Shown one piece after another: positions 9,343 to 19,291 of a stretch of 64,000 nt of DNA. The stretch is from Gammaproteobacteria bacterium. Its GTDB lineage: Bacteria > Pseudomonadota > Gammaproteobacteria > UWMA-0217. Under the pieces are notes generated by a model. It was given only the letters and a program-made list of their open reading frames with translations, ran no database searches and was not told the origin of the DNA. Where the stretch lies: NCBI GenBank assembly GCA_027081275.1, contig JALWKV010000046.1, positions 2,315 through 66,314 of the forward strand, in the 5' to 3' direction. Within the stretch, counting starts at the first letter, position 1. Each line of letters starts with the position of its first letter. Position numbers and translations under genes: made by a program.

Positions 9343-10584
9343 CTACTCCTCCCGACGATCCCCCTCTTCCACCTCCCTCACCACCTCCCGATAGGCATCG
9401 ATGAGAACATCCCGCTGTTCGGCCGGGATGTCATGGCTGTCGAGGCAACGGAGAAAAACGTCGTGGACATCGAGGTCGTCCAGCGTTTCATCCTCGCGCA
9501 TTTTTCCCAGCGCTGTTTCGACGACGCGGTTGTTGCGTATGCGCAGGATCTCCAGTTTCGACTCCGACACCAGTTCTTCCAGCCGCTGGCGCAAGTCGCC
9601 GATGATTTCGTCGCCGTCGTAGCGTATCTCCAGCCAGGCGGCGGCCTGTTCCTCGACCAGCGCGCGGATCGCCGTCTCCAGCGTCGGCCAGTCTCCGCTC
9701 AGGTATTGCAGTCGCTGGAACGTCGGCACATCGAGCAGTTCGACTGTCGGTTGCCGTTCGTCGAACGCGACGAGGCAGAGCGATTTTTTCTGCCCCGCTT
9801 CGCCGAACCCCATTGGCAGCGGCGAGCCGGCGTAGCGGATGTGTTCGGCGCCCCCGACTTTCTGCGGCACGTGGAGATGCCCCAACGCCACGTAGTCGAA
9901 GCAGTCCGGAAATACGGCGCCGCTGACGTGGGCCAGCGAGCCGACGTAGAGTTCGCGCACGCCATCGCCCTCGACGGTTTCGCCGCCGGCGGCGAACAGA
10001 TGCCCCATGCCGATGATCGGTATCTCTTGCCCCAGTCGCTCTTGCAACGCCTGGGCGGCCGCGCCGACGGCGGCGTAGTGGTCGCGGATGCCCTCCACCA
10101 GCTTGCGGGCCTTGTCCTCGGTGCTCTCCCCCGCCTCGGCGCTGCGGATGTCGCGATCGCGCAGATAGGGAACGGCGGCGACGATCGCCATCGGCTCCCC
10201 CGCGTCATTTTCCAGCAGCAGCACCTCCTCCGCCGGATCGGCGGCAGCGGCGCCGATCACGTGCACCGACAGCGCGCGCAACAGCGCCCTGGGCGCATCG
10301 AGGAAGGAGGGCGAGTCGTGATTGCCGCCGATGACGACGACGTGGGCGCAACGGGAGCGGGAGACGCGCTCGAGAAAACGGTAGTAGAGCGCCTGCGCCC
10401 GGTTGCTCGGCGCGGTGGTGTCGAAGACGTCGCCCGCCACCAACAGCACGTCGATGCGCTGGCGCTCGATGGTGTCGGCCAACCAGTCGAGAAAGGCAGA
10501 GAATTCCTCGTAGCGCTTGCGGCCATAGAGGCTGCGGCCGAGGTGCCAGTCGGAGGTGTGGAGAATCTTCAGGGGCGCCGCCAT
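9343..10584 (-). CDS. sbcD: Exonuclease SbcCD subunit D
   Basis: LHTSDWHLG, AGDVFD, GNHDS, YVALGHLH, YAGSP. Confidence 0.93.
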   Translation of the reverse strand: MAAPLKILHTSDWHLGRSLYGRKRYEEFSAFLDWLADTIERQRIDVLLVAGDVFDTTAPSNRAQALYYRFLERVSRSRCAHVVVIGGNHDSPSFLDAPRALLRALSVHVIGAAAADPAEEVLLLENDAGEPMAIVAAVPYLRDRDIRSAEAGESTEDKARKLVEGIRDHYAAVGAAAQALQERLGQEIPIIGMGHLFAAGGETVEGDGVRELYVGSLAHVSGAVFPDCFDYVALGHLHVPQKVGGAEHIRYAGSPLPMGFGEAGQKKSLCLVAFDERQPTVELLDVPTFQRLQYLSGDWPTLETAIRALVEEQAAAWLEIRYDGDEIIGDLRQRLEELVSESKLEILRIRNNRVVETALGKMREDETLDDLDVHDVFLRCLDSHDIPAEQRDVLIDAYREVVREVEEGDRREE

Positions 10585-10595
10585 GGGGCGTTACG

Positions 10596-11216
10596 TTACA
10601 TGGCGGCGGCCATCTGCGCCATTGTCTGGTGCCCCGGCACCGCCTCAACCGCCGCCAGCCAGCGCTGCAACGCCGGATAGTCGTCGAGGTCGAATCCCCC
10701 CTCATGCGCCACATGGGTATAGGCATAGAGGCTGATGTCGGCGATGGTCGGCTGCTCGCCCGCCAGAAACGGCGACTGCGACAGCTGCGTATCCATGACC
10801 CGCAGCGCCTTGTGGCCGCCCGTCTGCTTGGCTTCATATTCCGCGCGGCGCTCGTCGGGCAGGCCGAGATAGCGATTGATGAAGCGCGCCGTGGCGATAT
10901 AGGGCTCGTGGCTGTACTGCTCGAAAAACTGCCACTGCAGCACGCGGGCGCGCGCCAGCGGCTCCTCCGGCAGCCACGCCGAACCGTCGGCGAGAAAGTT
11001 GAGAATGGCGTTGGACTCGGTCAGAACGCCACCGTCGTCGAGCTGCAATACGGGAATCTTCCCGTTGGGATTCATGGCGAGAAACGCCTCGGTTTCGGTC
11101 TCGCCGGCGAGGATATCGACCGGCTGCCAGTCGTGCTCGATGTCGAGCAGCGTCAGCAGCAGACGGATCTTGTAACAGTTGCCGGAGTGGATATCTCCGT
11201 AGACGCGATAGGACAT
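10596..11216 (-). CDS. Glutathione S-transferase family protein
   Basis: SGNCYK, NPNGKIP, ESNAIL, TIADISLY. Confidence 0.92.
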   Translation of the reverse strand: MSYRVYGDIHSGNCYKIRLLLTLLDIEHDWQPVDILAGETETEAFLAMNPNGKIPVLQLDDGGVLTESNAILNFLADGSAWLPEEPLARARVLQWQFFEQYSHEPYIATARFINRYLGLPDERRAEYEAKQTGGHKALRVMDTQLSQSPFLAGEQPTIADISLYAYTHVAHEGGFDLDDYPALQRWLAAVEAVPGHQTMAQMAAAM

Positions 11217-11317
11217 GCGACCCCCTCTTTCGTTCTGGTTGGTAGTGGGGTCAGTGTACGCCCGTCGTCGCCACGGACGCGCGTCTGCCGCCTGTGGTCA
11301 ATACGGGGATCGGGTCA

Positions 11318-12832
11318 TCACGAGGGTCGCTTGCGCTCGAAAATGATCTGCTGCCACTCTCGCGGCCCGGTCTCGTGCACCGACACGCCGCGCGAATCGA
11401 CGGCGACGGTCACCGGCATGTCCCTGACCTCGAATTCGTAGATCGCCTCCATGCCGAGATCGTCGAAGGCGACGACGCGGGCGGCGGTGATTGCCTTCGA
11501 AACCAGGTAGGCCGCGCCACCGACGGCCATCAGGTAGACCGAACGATGACGCCTGATCGACTCGATGGCTGCGGGGCCACGCTCGGCCTTGCCGATGGTG
11601 CCGAGCAGGCCGGTCTCGTCGAGAATGCGGTCGAGGAACTTGTCCATCCGCGTCGCCGTCGTCGGTCCCGCCGGGCCGACGACCTCGCCGTCCACCGGAT
11701 CGACCGGACCGACGTAGTAGATGAACTTGCCCGCCAGATCGACCGGCAGCGGTTCGCCGCGGTCGAGCAGCTCGAACAGCCGCTTGTGGGCGGCATCGCG
11801 GCCGGTGTACATCTTGCCGGAGAGCAGCAGCACTTCGCCCGGCTGCCAGCTGGCGATCTGTTCGCGCGTGACGCTGTCGAGATCGACCCGGCGCGAACCG
11901 GGCGCGGCCTCGTAGGCGATATCGGGCCAGATCGAGAGATCCGGCGGCGCCTGCAATGCCGGGCCGCTGCCGTCGAGCGTGAAATGCGCATGACGGGTCG
12001 CGGCGCAGTTGGGAATCAGCGCCACCGGCAGCGACGCGGCGTGGGTGGGATAGTCGCGAATCTTGACGTCCAGCACCGTCGTCAGACCGCCCAGCCCCTG
12101 GGCGCCGATGCCGAGTTCGTTGACCCTGTCCACCAGCTCCAGCCGCAGTTCCTCGACGCGATTGGCGGGGCCGCGCTGGCGCAGTTCATGGATGTCGATC
12201 GGCTCCATCAGCGCCTCCTTCGCCAGCAGCACCGCCTTCTCCGCCGTGCCGCCGATGCCGATGCCGAGAATGCCCGGCGGGCACCACCCCGCGCCCAGCG
12301 TCGGCACGATATCGAGCACCCAGTCGACGATGCTGTCGCTGGGATTGAGCATCGCCAGCCGCGCCTTGTTCTCGGAGCCGCCGCCCTTGGCCGCCACCGT
12401 CACCTCGACGGTATCGCCGGGCACGACCGTCATGTGGATCACCGCCGGGGTGTTGTCGCCGGTGTTTCGCCGCCGGCCGGCCGGATCGGAGACGATCGAC
12501 GCCCGCAGCACGTTTTCCGGCCAGAGGTAGGCGCGACGCACCCCCTCGTTGACCATCTCCTCGACGCTCATGTCGCCCTCCCAGCGCACGTCCATGCCGA
12601 TCTTCAGAAACGCCACGACGATGCCGGTGTCCTGGCAGACCGGTCGATGCCCCTCCGCCGCCATCCGCGAATTGACCAGAATCTGCGTGATCGCATCCTT
12701 CGCCGCCGGCGACGCCTCCTCTTCCCAGGCCCGCGTCATCGCGCGGACGAAATCCTCGGGATGGTAGTAGGAGATGAATTGCAGCGCGTCGGTGAGGCTG
12801 GCGATGAAATCTTCGTTCTTGATCAGGGGCAT
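11318..12832 (-). CDS. fumA: Class I (Fe-S) fumarate hydratase
   Basis: CQDTG, KGGGSENK, NCAATRH, GPTTATRMD. Confidence 0.94.
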   Translation of the reverse strand: MPLIKNEDFIASLTDALQFISYYHPEDFVRAMTRAWEEEASPAAKDAITQILVNSRMAAEGHRPVCQDTGIVVAFLKIGMDVRWEGDMSVEEMVNEGVRRAYLWPENVLRASIVSDPAGRRRNTGDNTPAVIHMTVVPGDTVEVTVAAKGGGSENKARLAMLNPSDSIVDWVLDIVPTLGAGWCPPGILGIGIGGTAEKAVLLAKEALMEPIDIHELRQRGPANRVEELRLELVDRVNELGIGAQGLGGLTTVLDVKIRDYPTHAASLPVALIPNCAATRHAHFTLDGSGPALQAPPDLSIWPDIAYEAAPGSRRVDLDSVTREQIASWQPGEVLLLSGKMYTGRDAAHKRLFELLDRGEPLPVDLAGKFIYYVGPVDPVDGEVVGPAGPTTATRMDKFLDRILDETGLLGTIGKAERGPAAIESIRRHRSVYLMAVGGAAYLVSKAITAARVVAFDDLGMEAIYEFEVRDMPVTVAVDSRGVSVHETGPREWQQIIFERKRPS

Positions 12833-12899
12833 GGGAGTAGATCAGGTTGGGACAGGCAAGCAGTAGCGGCTGGAGGTATGACGAAGTGGAATGCGACCA

Positions 12900-13124
12900 T
12901 CAGGCCACTTCCCGAACATGTGCGATTTCCCGCTTGCCGACGGGTCTCACGTCTTCCGCTGAAACGGTGACGACACCAACGGTCTCGCCGGTCAGTGTCG
13001 TGAACTCGATTTCGAAGCCGCGACCACCGGCATGCACCATGACTACCGTGCCGACATCTCCGGCTTGCAATCCGAAATCGGGCAGGTCACGGGTCAGCAC
13101 GACGGGTTCGAATTCTTTGATCAT
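12900..13124 (-). CDS. DUF4926-like small protein (putative antitoxin/immunity)
   Basis: VVLTRDLPDFGLQAGDVGTVV..FEIEF pattern; ATGA overlap with upstream DUF6883-like domain. Confidence 0.75.
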   Translation of the reverse strand: MIKEFEPVVLTRDLPDFGLQAGDVGTVVMVHAGGRGFEIEFTTLTGETVGVVTVSAEDVRPVGKREIAHVREVA

Positions 13125-13741
13125 GGGTGTTTCTCCACTGGATAGGCGGTCACCAGACGGGCCTCATCGGCCGCCCGCTCGATGAACCAGACCGTGCGCA
13201 GCAACACTATCCTACCATCGGGGGTCGACAAGGGCCCATCGACAACGAACTTGACGCCGAAAGCCGTTTCCAGCGGTTCGTCGCTGGCATTGAGCCGGCC
13301 ATGCTCGAGCAGCGCCGCGCCAAGCAACTCGGGACGATCGGGTGAGAATCCCAGCCTCATGAAAAAAAGCGCCTTTTGCCTGCTGACTGGATGCCTTTCA
13401 TTGAGCAGATACCGCGACAGCTTTTCGCTTTCGACAGTCAACTTGTAAGCCCCAAGCGTCCTTTCCGCTGTCGAGCGATTGCCCTCCACCTGCCCCGAAG
13501 TGCCGTCTCGCCGCAACTGAGCCACCACCTCTCGCTGCGCCGCATCGGCCGCCTCCGCATTGCCCAGCAGCAGATCGAAAAGCTGGGGATCCTCCATTTC
13601 CAGCAACGCGGCGAAGGCCGCCCTCTCCTTCTCACTGGCGTTGGGGTAGCGGTATTTCAGCCAATGGTCGAGCGCGATGTCGAGCTCGCGCGCACCGCGG
13701 CGGCAAAGCCATTTCAGACGGGCGAGTTCGTCATTTTCCAT
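13121..13741 (-). CDS. sdhE: FAD assembly factor SdhE fused in frame to a DUF6883-like domain
   Basis: N-terminal RLKWLCRRGARELD..LLEMEDPQLFDLL (SdhE RGxxE); C-terminal YLLNERHP..KALFF..GF..RTVW..RLVTAYP; no stop between them. Confidence 0.75.
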   Translation of the reverse strand: MENDELARLKWLCRRGARELDIALDHWLKYRYPNASEKERAAFAALLEMEDPQLFDLLLGNAEAADAAQREVVAQLRRDGTSGQVEGNRSTAERTLGAYKLTVESEKLSRYLLNERHPVSRQKALFFMRLGFSPDRPELLGAALLEHGRLNASDEPLETAFGVKFVVDGPLSTPDGRIVLLRTVWFIERAADEARLVTAYPVEKHP

Positions 13742-13745
13742 CACG

Positions 13746-14936
13746 CTAGAAAAAGCGGGCCAGTTCGAGCTGGATGAAGTCGTCGCTGCGCAGTGGATAC
13801 TGCGGGTCTTTGGGGTCGATGTGGCCGAACAGCTGCGCCTCGGCGGTGATTTTCCAGTTCTGGCCGATGCGCCGGTTGAACTCGACGCGGTAGCCGCGGC
13901 TGCCGAGTTCGAGGTCGAACAGCCCGCCGGCGAGCAGCTCGGTGCTCTGGGCATCGTTCAGCGCCCAGCGCGCGCCGAGAAAGAGATCGTTCTGGAACGG
14001 CGTCGGCGCATCCTTGCCGCGGCTGTCGCGGTGATATTCCATCAGCACGCCAAGATCGGCATCCGATTCGGCGATGCCGTAGAAGGTGTATTCGAAACCG
14101 CCGACCATCGCATCGAAACGGTCGTCGGAAAATTCGCGATGGATCGCCTCCAGTTTCCACAGCCAGTTTTCCAGCGTCGCCTGCAGGTCGAGGCCGATCT
14201 GGTCGATCTGCGGATAGTAGGGAATCAGGCGCGGCTGTCCCCCAGCGGTGACGAGGCGCAGCTGCGGATCGCGCGAGGTGCCGGAGAAAAACGACAGCCC
14301 CAGATCCCAGTCGTCATGCACGGTACCAGCAAGGCGCAACGCGTAGTCGACATGGCGATCCTCGCGGTCGGACTCGTACTGCGCGTGGTCGGTATCGATC
14401 GGCAGCGGCCCGCGCAGCCGACCATCGACGCCCGGGAAGGTCCGCTCGCGAAAGCCGGGTAGCACGAACAGCTCCACCGTGCCCCAGTCCCGGTACCAGA
14501 GCCCATGCAGCGCCGGCTGGCCGAGCTTGTCCTCGCCATCGATGTTTTCCACCAGATCGGTCTGGTTGATGATATCGACCAGATGCCTGGACTCGGTCAC
14601 GCCCCAGAAAACCTTGATCAGCCCCGCATCCCACTCCCAGTCGCCGCGCGCGAAATGCAGCCGCGCCTCGCGCAGATCGGCATGGGTACGCTCCTCGTCA
14701 ACGCCGTCGTGGCGATAGAAGGGAGTGATGGTCAGCGAATAGTCGGTTCCGTCGAAGGCGTGGTAATACTCCACCTCCGCCGACAGCGAGGGATAGATAT
14801 CCTCCTGCTCCGTATAAAGCGCATCATTCCAGAAATAGCGCGCCTCGGCGGTGACATTGCCGCGCCACTCAGCTTGCGAGGCGAGAGAAAAAAGCAGCAA
14901 TGCCGCCGAGAGGATTTTTCCTTTCATCTTCGGCAT
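13746..14936 (-). CDS. Outer-membrane beta-barrel protein of MMPL/LolA-like cassette
   Basis: Signal peptide, FWGVTESRHLVDIINQ motif, C-terminal Phe. Confidence 0.75.
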   Translation of the reverse strand: MPKMKGKILSAALLLFSLASQAEWRGNVTAEARYFWNDALYTEQEDIYPSLSAEVEYYHAFDGTDYSLTITPFYRHDGVDEERTHADLREARLHFARGDWEWDAGLIKVFWGVTESRHLVDIINQTDLVENIDGEDKLGQPALHGLWYRDWGTVELFVLPGFRERTFPGVDGRLRGPLPIDTDHAQYESDREDRHVDYALRLAGTVHDDWDLGLSFFSGTSRDPQLRLVTAGGQPRLIPYYPQIDQIGLDLQATLENWLWKLEAIHREFSDDRFDAMVGGFEYTFYGIAESDADLGVLMEYHRDSRGKDAPTPFQNDLFLGARWALNDAQSTELLAGGLFDLELGSRGYRVEFNRRIGQNWKITAEAQLFGHIDPKDPQYPLRSDDFIQLELARFF

Positions 14937-14944
14937 GCCACCTT

Positions 14945-15724
14945 TCAGTGCAGATTCTTCAACTTGTTCTTGTTGAAATCCTTGGCGCGGAGGCCCGTCC
15001 TGAACTTGTAGTTCTTCCACTCGAGCACGGTGCTCTTGCCGTTTTGCAGATTTTTCATCTCCATTTTCGACGGCCGCCAGTAGTGGCCGAGATATTCCTT
15101 GTAGTCGCTCATCGTCAGCGTCTTCAACGGCTTGTTCTTGCGATCGTAGTATTCGACCTTGACGATGCGGTATTTATCCTTGTCGAGCCAGACGACCTGC
15201 CGCGTATAGCCGGAGTATTTGTATTGCGGCCGCCGCTCGATGACATGGCACTGCCACTGCCCGCAGGGCTCCTCGCGCAGAAAACGGTAGGCGTATTTCT
15301 CCACCTCCTGCGAGCCGAGATCCTCGAAGGCGAACTCGCTGCCCATGAACGGCCCGGACTTGTTGCGCGAACTGATCCGCTTGACCCTTTTCAGCGCCGG
15401 CAGATAGAGCCACTGATCATCGGGCTTGAGCCCGTGGGAAAAGGTCAACATCGCCGTCCCCTTCACATCCGCCGGCTCGTCGAAGATCGACATGCTCTTG
15501 TCGCCGTCGCCATCCACCTCCAGCGTGCGGATGCGGATGTGACGCACGCTCTCCTGCCCCTTGCGGTTGCGCAGCGTCATCGTCATGTCGGCAGTGAAAT
15601 CACCGAAGCCCTTGTCGTAGGCGTCGGCCTCCTGGGCAATACGCAGCCCCTTCTCCTCGGCCGTCTCGGCCTGGACCACACCGCCGAACAGCAACGCCAC
15701 GATGATGGCAATCCAGTATTTCAT
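14945..15724 (-). CDS. Outer-membrane lipoprotein-sorting (LolA-like) protein
   Basis: Signal peptide; DDQWLYLPALKRVKRIS, FMGSEFAFEDL. Confidence 0.88.
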   Translation of the reverse strand: MKYWIAIIVALLFGGVVQAETAEEKGLRIAQEADAYDKGFGDFTADMTMTLRNRKGQESVRHIRIRTLEVDGDGDKSMSIFDEPADVKGTAMLTFSHGLKPDDQWLYLPALKRVKRISSRNKSGPFMGSEFAFEDLGSQEVEKYAYRFLREEPCGQWQCHVIERRPQYKYSGYTRQVVWLDKDKYRIVKVEYYDRKNKPLKTLTMSDYKEYLGHYWRPSKMEMKNLQNGKSTVLEWKNYKFRTGLRAKDFNKNKLKNLH

Positions 15725-15771
15725 CTTCTGTCTCTCTTTTACTGTTAAACAATGATTCGACGAGCGCCGCC

Positions 15772-18099
15772 TCAGGCCACGCCGGCGGCCCCGTCGGCCG
15801 CCTTCACCGAGCTGGTTTTCGCGTCGCGATCGAGGCGCATCAGCAGCGGCGGCAGAAAGAAGAAATCGACGAACAGCGCAATGGCAATGGTGATCGCCGT
15901 CATCAGCCCCATCGAGGCATTGAGCTCGAAGGCCGACCGCGACAATACCAGAAAGCCGGCCACGAGCACGGCCGTGGTCACCCACAGGGCCATGCCGACG
16001 CTGTGGAAGGCGTAGCGCACGGCATCCTCCGCGCCGAGCTGCTGCTCGCGCCGCGCCCGCACATACTTGCTGAGAAAATGCACCGTATCGTCGACGACGA
16101 TGCCCAGCGTCATGGCGACGACCACCGACAGCGCAAGGCCGATCTCGCCCCTGACCAGATACCAGACGCCAAAGGCCATCGCCGCCGGCGCGAGGTTGGG
16201 AATCAGGCTGATCAGCCCGAGCCGCAGCGAGCGCAGCGCGAAAATCAGCGTGATCGAGATCAGGAACAGCGCCACGATCGTGCCGGTCAGCATGCTCCTG
16301 ATATTGCGCATGCCGATATGGGAGAACATCACTGTCGGACTGGCGCCCTGCGTGACCAGCTCCGGCGTATTCTCTTGCCTCCATTCACGCGCGCGCTGCT
16401 CCAGCGCCAGCACCTGGCTGGTGCTCAGCGTCTGCAGCGAAACCGACATCCGCGTCGCCGACTTGTCGATATTGATCTGGTTGTTCAGGTCGAGTCCGTA
16501 GGGCAGCGACATTTCATAGAGCAGCAGATACTGCGCCGCCAGATCGCGCGCCTCCGGCAGCCGGTAGAACGCCGGATCGTCGCCATGCATGTTGCGGTTG
16601 AGGCGCTTGAAGATATCGGTGATCGCGTTGACATGCTTGACCTCGGGCTGCAGCCGATACCAGTTGGCGAATTTCTCCACCTGCTGCAGAAAACGGGGAT
16701 CGCTGATGCCGCCCTTCTCGCCGCTGTCGAGCGAGTAGTCGATGAAATAGAGCCCGGTGAGATTCTCCGCCACCTTGTCGGTATCGACGCGAAACTTGAT
16801 GCTCTCATCGAAATACTGGACGAAATTGTCATTGAGCTGATTGCGCGGCGCGAGCGCCGCCAGCACCAAGATCAGCGCCCCCACGCCGTAGAGCAGCGGG
16901 TTGCGATGGCAGATGACGAAATCCGCCAAGCCATCCATGACATGGTGCCCGCGCGTCTTGCGCGCCCTGGCGCGCACCGGCAGCACCGAAATCATCGCCG
17001 GCAGGAAGGTGACGCTGAGAACAAAGGCGTAGATCACGCCCATCGCCGTGATGTTGCCGAGATCCCGAAACGGCGGCGCGTCGGAAAAGTTCATCGACAG
17101 GAAGCCGATCGCCGTGGTGAAGGAGGTGAGAAAAATCGGGTGGAAATTGATCCTCATGCTCTCGACGATGGCCGCGTTGCGGGAATCGCCGTGACGCATG
17201 CGAAACAGCATCGTCGAGAGAAAATGGATCGAGTCGGCCACCGCGAGCGTCATGATCATCGTCGGCGCCGACATCGTCGGGGGCGTCAGCCGTATGCCGA
17301 ACCAGCCCGCCGTGCCCATGGCCGCGAAAATCGACATGAACAGCAGCAGCACCGTCGTCACCGTTCCGCTGATGCTGCGCAGAAAAACGATCAGGCCGAG
17401 AATGATCACGCCCAGCGCCATCGGCACCAGCGTCTGCATGTCCTTCATCGACGCCTCGGGGAAGGCGTTGTTCATCATCACCACGCCGGTGACGTAGAAC
17501 TCGATGTCCGGATAGCGTTTTTCGAAGTCGGCCACCATCTGCCGCACGAAGGCGACCACCTCGGGCACCTCCGCGGTCGGATTCTCGCCTGGCAGCTCTA
17601 TGGTGATATTGACGCCGGTCGCGTGGGCGCTGTCGGAGATCAGCCGCCGGACCAGCAACGGCTCCGCCAGCGCGATCCGGCCGCGCTCGGCCAGCTCCCC
17701 GTCGGACATCTCGCCGGGGTTTTCGATCAGATCCTCGACGATGAGGTCGTCATCCTCGGCGTGGGTGTGCTGAAAATTGGACACCGAATCGACCCGGATC
17801 GAATACGGCACCTGCCATGCCGCCTCGGTCAGCTCGGTCACCGCCGTCATCACTTCCCTGCTGATCGCCTCGCCGTCGCGGGGCAGCAGCATGATCAGCA
17901 CGTTGTCGGTTTTGGTATAGGTGTCCTGAAGGTTTTCAAAAGCGGCGAGCTGCGGATTCTCCTTGCTGAAGAAAACCCGGTAGTCGTTCGTCAGCGTCAG
18001 GAATCGCCCGCCGGACGCCAGCAGCGCCACCGACAGCAGACTGACGGCAATGACCAGCCAGCGCCAGCGAATGATCCACTCGGCATATTTTTCGATCAT
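15772..18099 (-). CDS. MMPL/RND-superfamily transporter
   Basis: Two TM repeats with LAVADSIH and LGIVVDDTVH, TSFTTAIGF. Confidence 0.9.
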   Translation of the reverse strand: MIEKYAEWIIRWRWLVIAVSLLSVALLASGGRFLTLTNDYRVFFSKENPQLAAFENLQDTYTKTDNVLIMLLPRDGEAISREVMTAVTELTEAAWQVPYSIRVDSVSNFQHTHAEDDDLIVEDLIENPGEMSDGELAERGRIALAEPLLVRRLISDSAHATGVNITIELPGENPTAEVPEVVAFVRQMVADFEKRYPDIEFYVTGVVMMNNAFPEASMKDMQTLVPMALGVIILGLIVFLRSISGTVTTVLLLFMSIFAAMGTAGWFGIRLTPPTMSAPTMIMTLAVADSIHFLSTMLFRMRHGDSRNAAIVESMRINFHPIFLTSFTTAIGFLSMNFSDAPPFRDLGNITAMGVIYAFVLSVTFLPAMISVLPVRARARKTRGHHVMDGLADFVICHRNPLLYGVGALILVLAALAPRNQLNDNFVQYFDESIKFRVDTDKVAENLTGLYFIDYSLDSGEKGGISDPRFLQQVEKFANWYRLQPEVKHVNAITDIFKRLNRNMHGDDPAFYRLPEARDLAAQYLLLYEMSLPYGLDLNNQINIDKSATRMSVSLQTLSTSQVLALEQRAREWRQENTPELVTQGASPTVMFSHIGMRNIRSMLTGTIVALFLISITLIFALRSLRLGLISLIPNLAPAAMAFGVWYLVRGEIGLALSVVVAMTLGIVVDDTVHFLSKYVRARREQQLGAEDAVRYAFHSVGMALWVTTAVLVAGFLVLSRSAFELNASMGLMTAITIAIALFVDFFFLPPLLMRLDRDAKTSSVKAADGAAGVA

Positions 18100-18785
18100 T
18101 CTTCTTTTCTCGCTCGCAGATTTTCAAGATAGTGGATCAGCGCCTGGCCGCACTGCATCAGCACTTTGTGGCTCTGGGCATTCTTCGCCGCCGCCAGACA
18201 TCCTTCCAGCGTCGCCACGACCATCACCGCCGTCGCCTCCACGTCGATATCACCACGCACCTGCCCGGCCTGCTGGCCACGCCGCAGCGCCGCCGCCAGA
18301 CCGGCGCGCCACTCGGCATAGATGGCGTCGAGGCGCTCGCGAAAGCCCTCGTCGACGGCGGACATCTCCTGGGAAAGGTTGGCGAGCGGACAGCCGAGCT
18401 GGATATCCTCCAGCGTCATCTGCCGACCGACGGTGTTGATGGTGTCGACAAGGACATCGACAGGGTTGCCCTGCTGCAGCGGCTCGATCCACAACTCGCG
18501 CATGCGGTCGCGGATCATTTCATCGAGCACAGCGTAGCCGAGCGCCTTCTTGCTGGGGAAGTAGTGATAGAGCGCCCCCTTGGTGACACCCGTGTGCTTG
18601 AGGATCCGGCTGATGCTGGCCGACTGGAAGCCGAAGCGGTGGATCTCCTCGAAAGCGGCGGCAAGCAGCTGCTGACGCGTCTCCTCGCTGGGCGCGGCGC
18701 AACAGCGGCCACACCCCCAGAAATGCCAGAAAGCCTTTTTCCCGCCGTTGCCGTCGCGTTTTCCGATCACCCGCTCTGCCGCCAT
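18096..18785 (-). CDS. TetR-family transcriptional regulator
   Basis: HTH GVTKGALYHYFPSK; GCPLANL C-domain; start codon uncertain. Confidence 0.9.
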   Translation of the reverse strand: MAAERVIGKRDGNGGKKAFWHFWGCGRCCAAPSEETRQQLLAAAFEEIHRFGFQSASISRILKHTGVTKGALYHYFPSKKALGYAVLDEMIRDRMRELWIEPLQQGNPVDVLVDTINTVGRQMTLEDIQLGCPLANLSQEMSAVDEGFRERLDAIYAEWRAGLAAALRRGQQAGQVRGDIDVEATAVMVVATLEGCLAAAKNAQSHKVLMQCGQALIHYLENLRARKEE

Positions 18786-18786
18786 T

Positions 18787-18830
18787 CATACCGGTCGGTA
18801 TGTTATAGGGCATACCAGTCGGTATGTCAA
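18787..18830 (-). promoter_or_regulatory. Sigma70 promoter (TTGACA-N17-TATAAC) overlapped by two palindromic operators CATACC(G/A)GTCGGTATG
   Basis: Operators at 18787-18802 and 18811-18826; -35 at 18825-18830 and -10 at 18802-18807 on the minus strand. Confidence 0.85.
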
Positions 18831-18911
18831 AGCGGCGACATCATGTAAACGCCACGGCGGTCTTCCCGTTGTAGAAGCTGTAAGTCATCAACACACAACG
18901 AGGAAAACATC

Positions 18912-19271
18912 ATGAAAAAGCTTCTGATCATTGCCATCACCGCAGCGGCCACCGCCATCGCGGCACCGGTACACGCCACCGGCGACGCCGGCGACAACGC
19001 CGCCCCGAACGATCACCGCAAGGGGAACCTCATCGACAAGCGCGAGCACCGTCAGGCGATGCGCATCAAGCAGGGAGTGAAATCCGGCGCGCTGACGAAG
19101 CCCGAGACGAAACGACTGGTTCGCGAGCAGGCCCGGATCCGGAAAATGGAGCGGCACTTCCGCTCGGATGGCAAGCTGACGCCGAAGGAGCGCGTCAGGC
19201 TGCAGTACAACCTCAACCGCGCAAGCACGCATATCTTTCGCGAGAAGCACGACCGGCAGCGTCGCAAGTAG
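18912..19271 (+). CDS. Secreted basic helical-repeat protein
   Basis: AGGA SD, signal peptide, repeats RIKQGVKSGALT / DGKLTPKER. Confidence 0.8.
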   Translation: MKKLLIIAITAAATAIAAPVHATGDAGDNAAPNDHRKGNLIDKREHRQAMRIKQGVKSGALTKPETKRLVREQARIRKMERHFRSDGKLTPKERVRLQYNLNRASTHIFREKHDRQRRK

Positions 19272-19291
19272 CGCCGAAACGGCACGCCAGC

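Noticed and set aside
8276..9404. ORFs of 65-164 aa across the repeat region
   Set aside because: They are translations of MITE/REP sequence (recurring LDSRFRGND) with no independent coding evidence.
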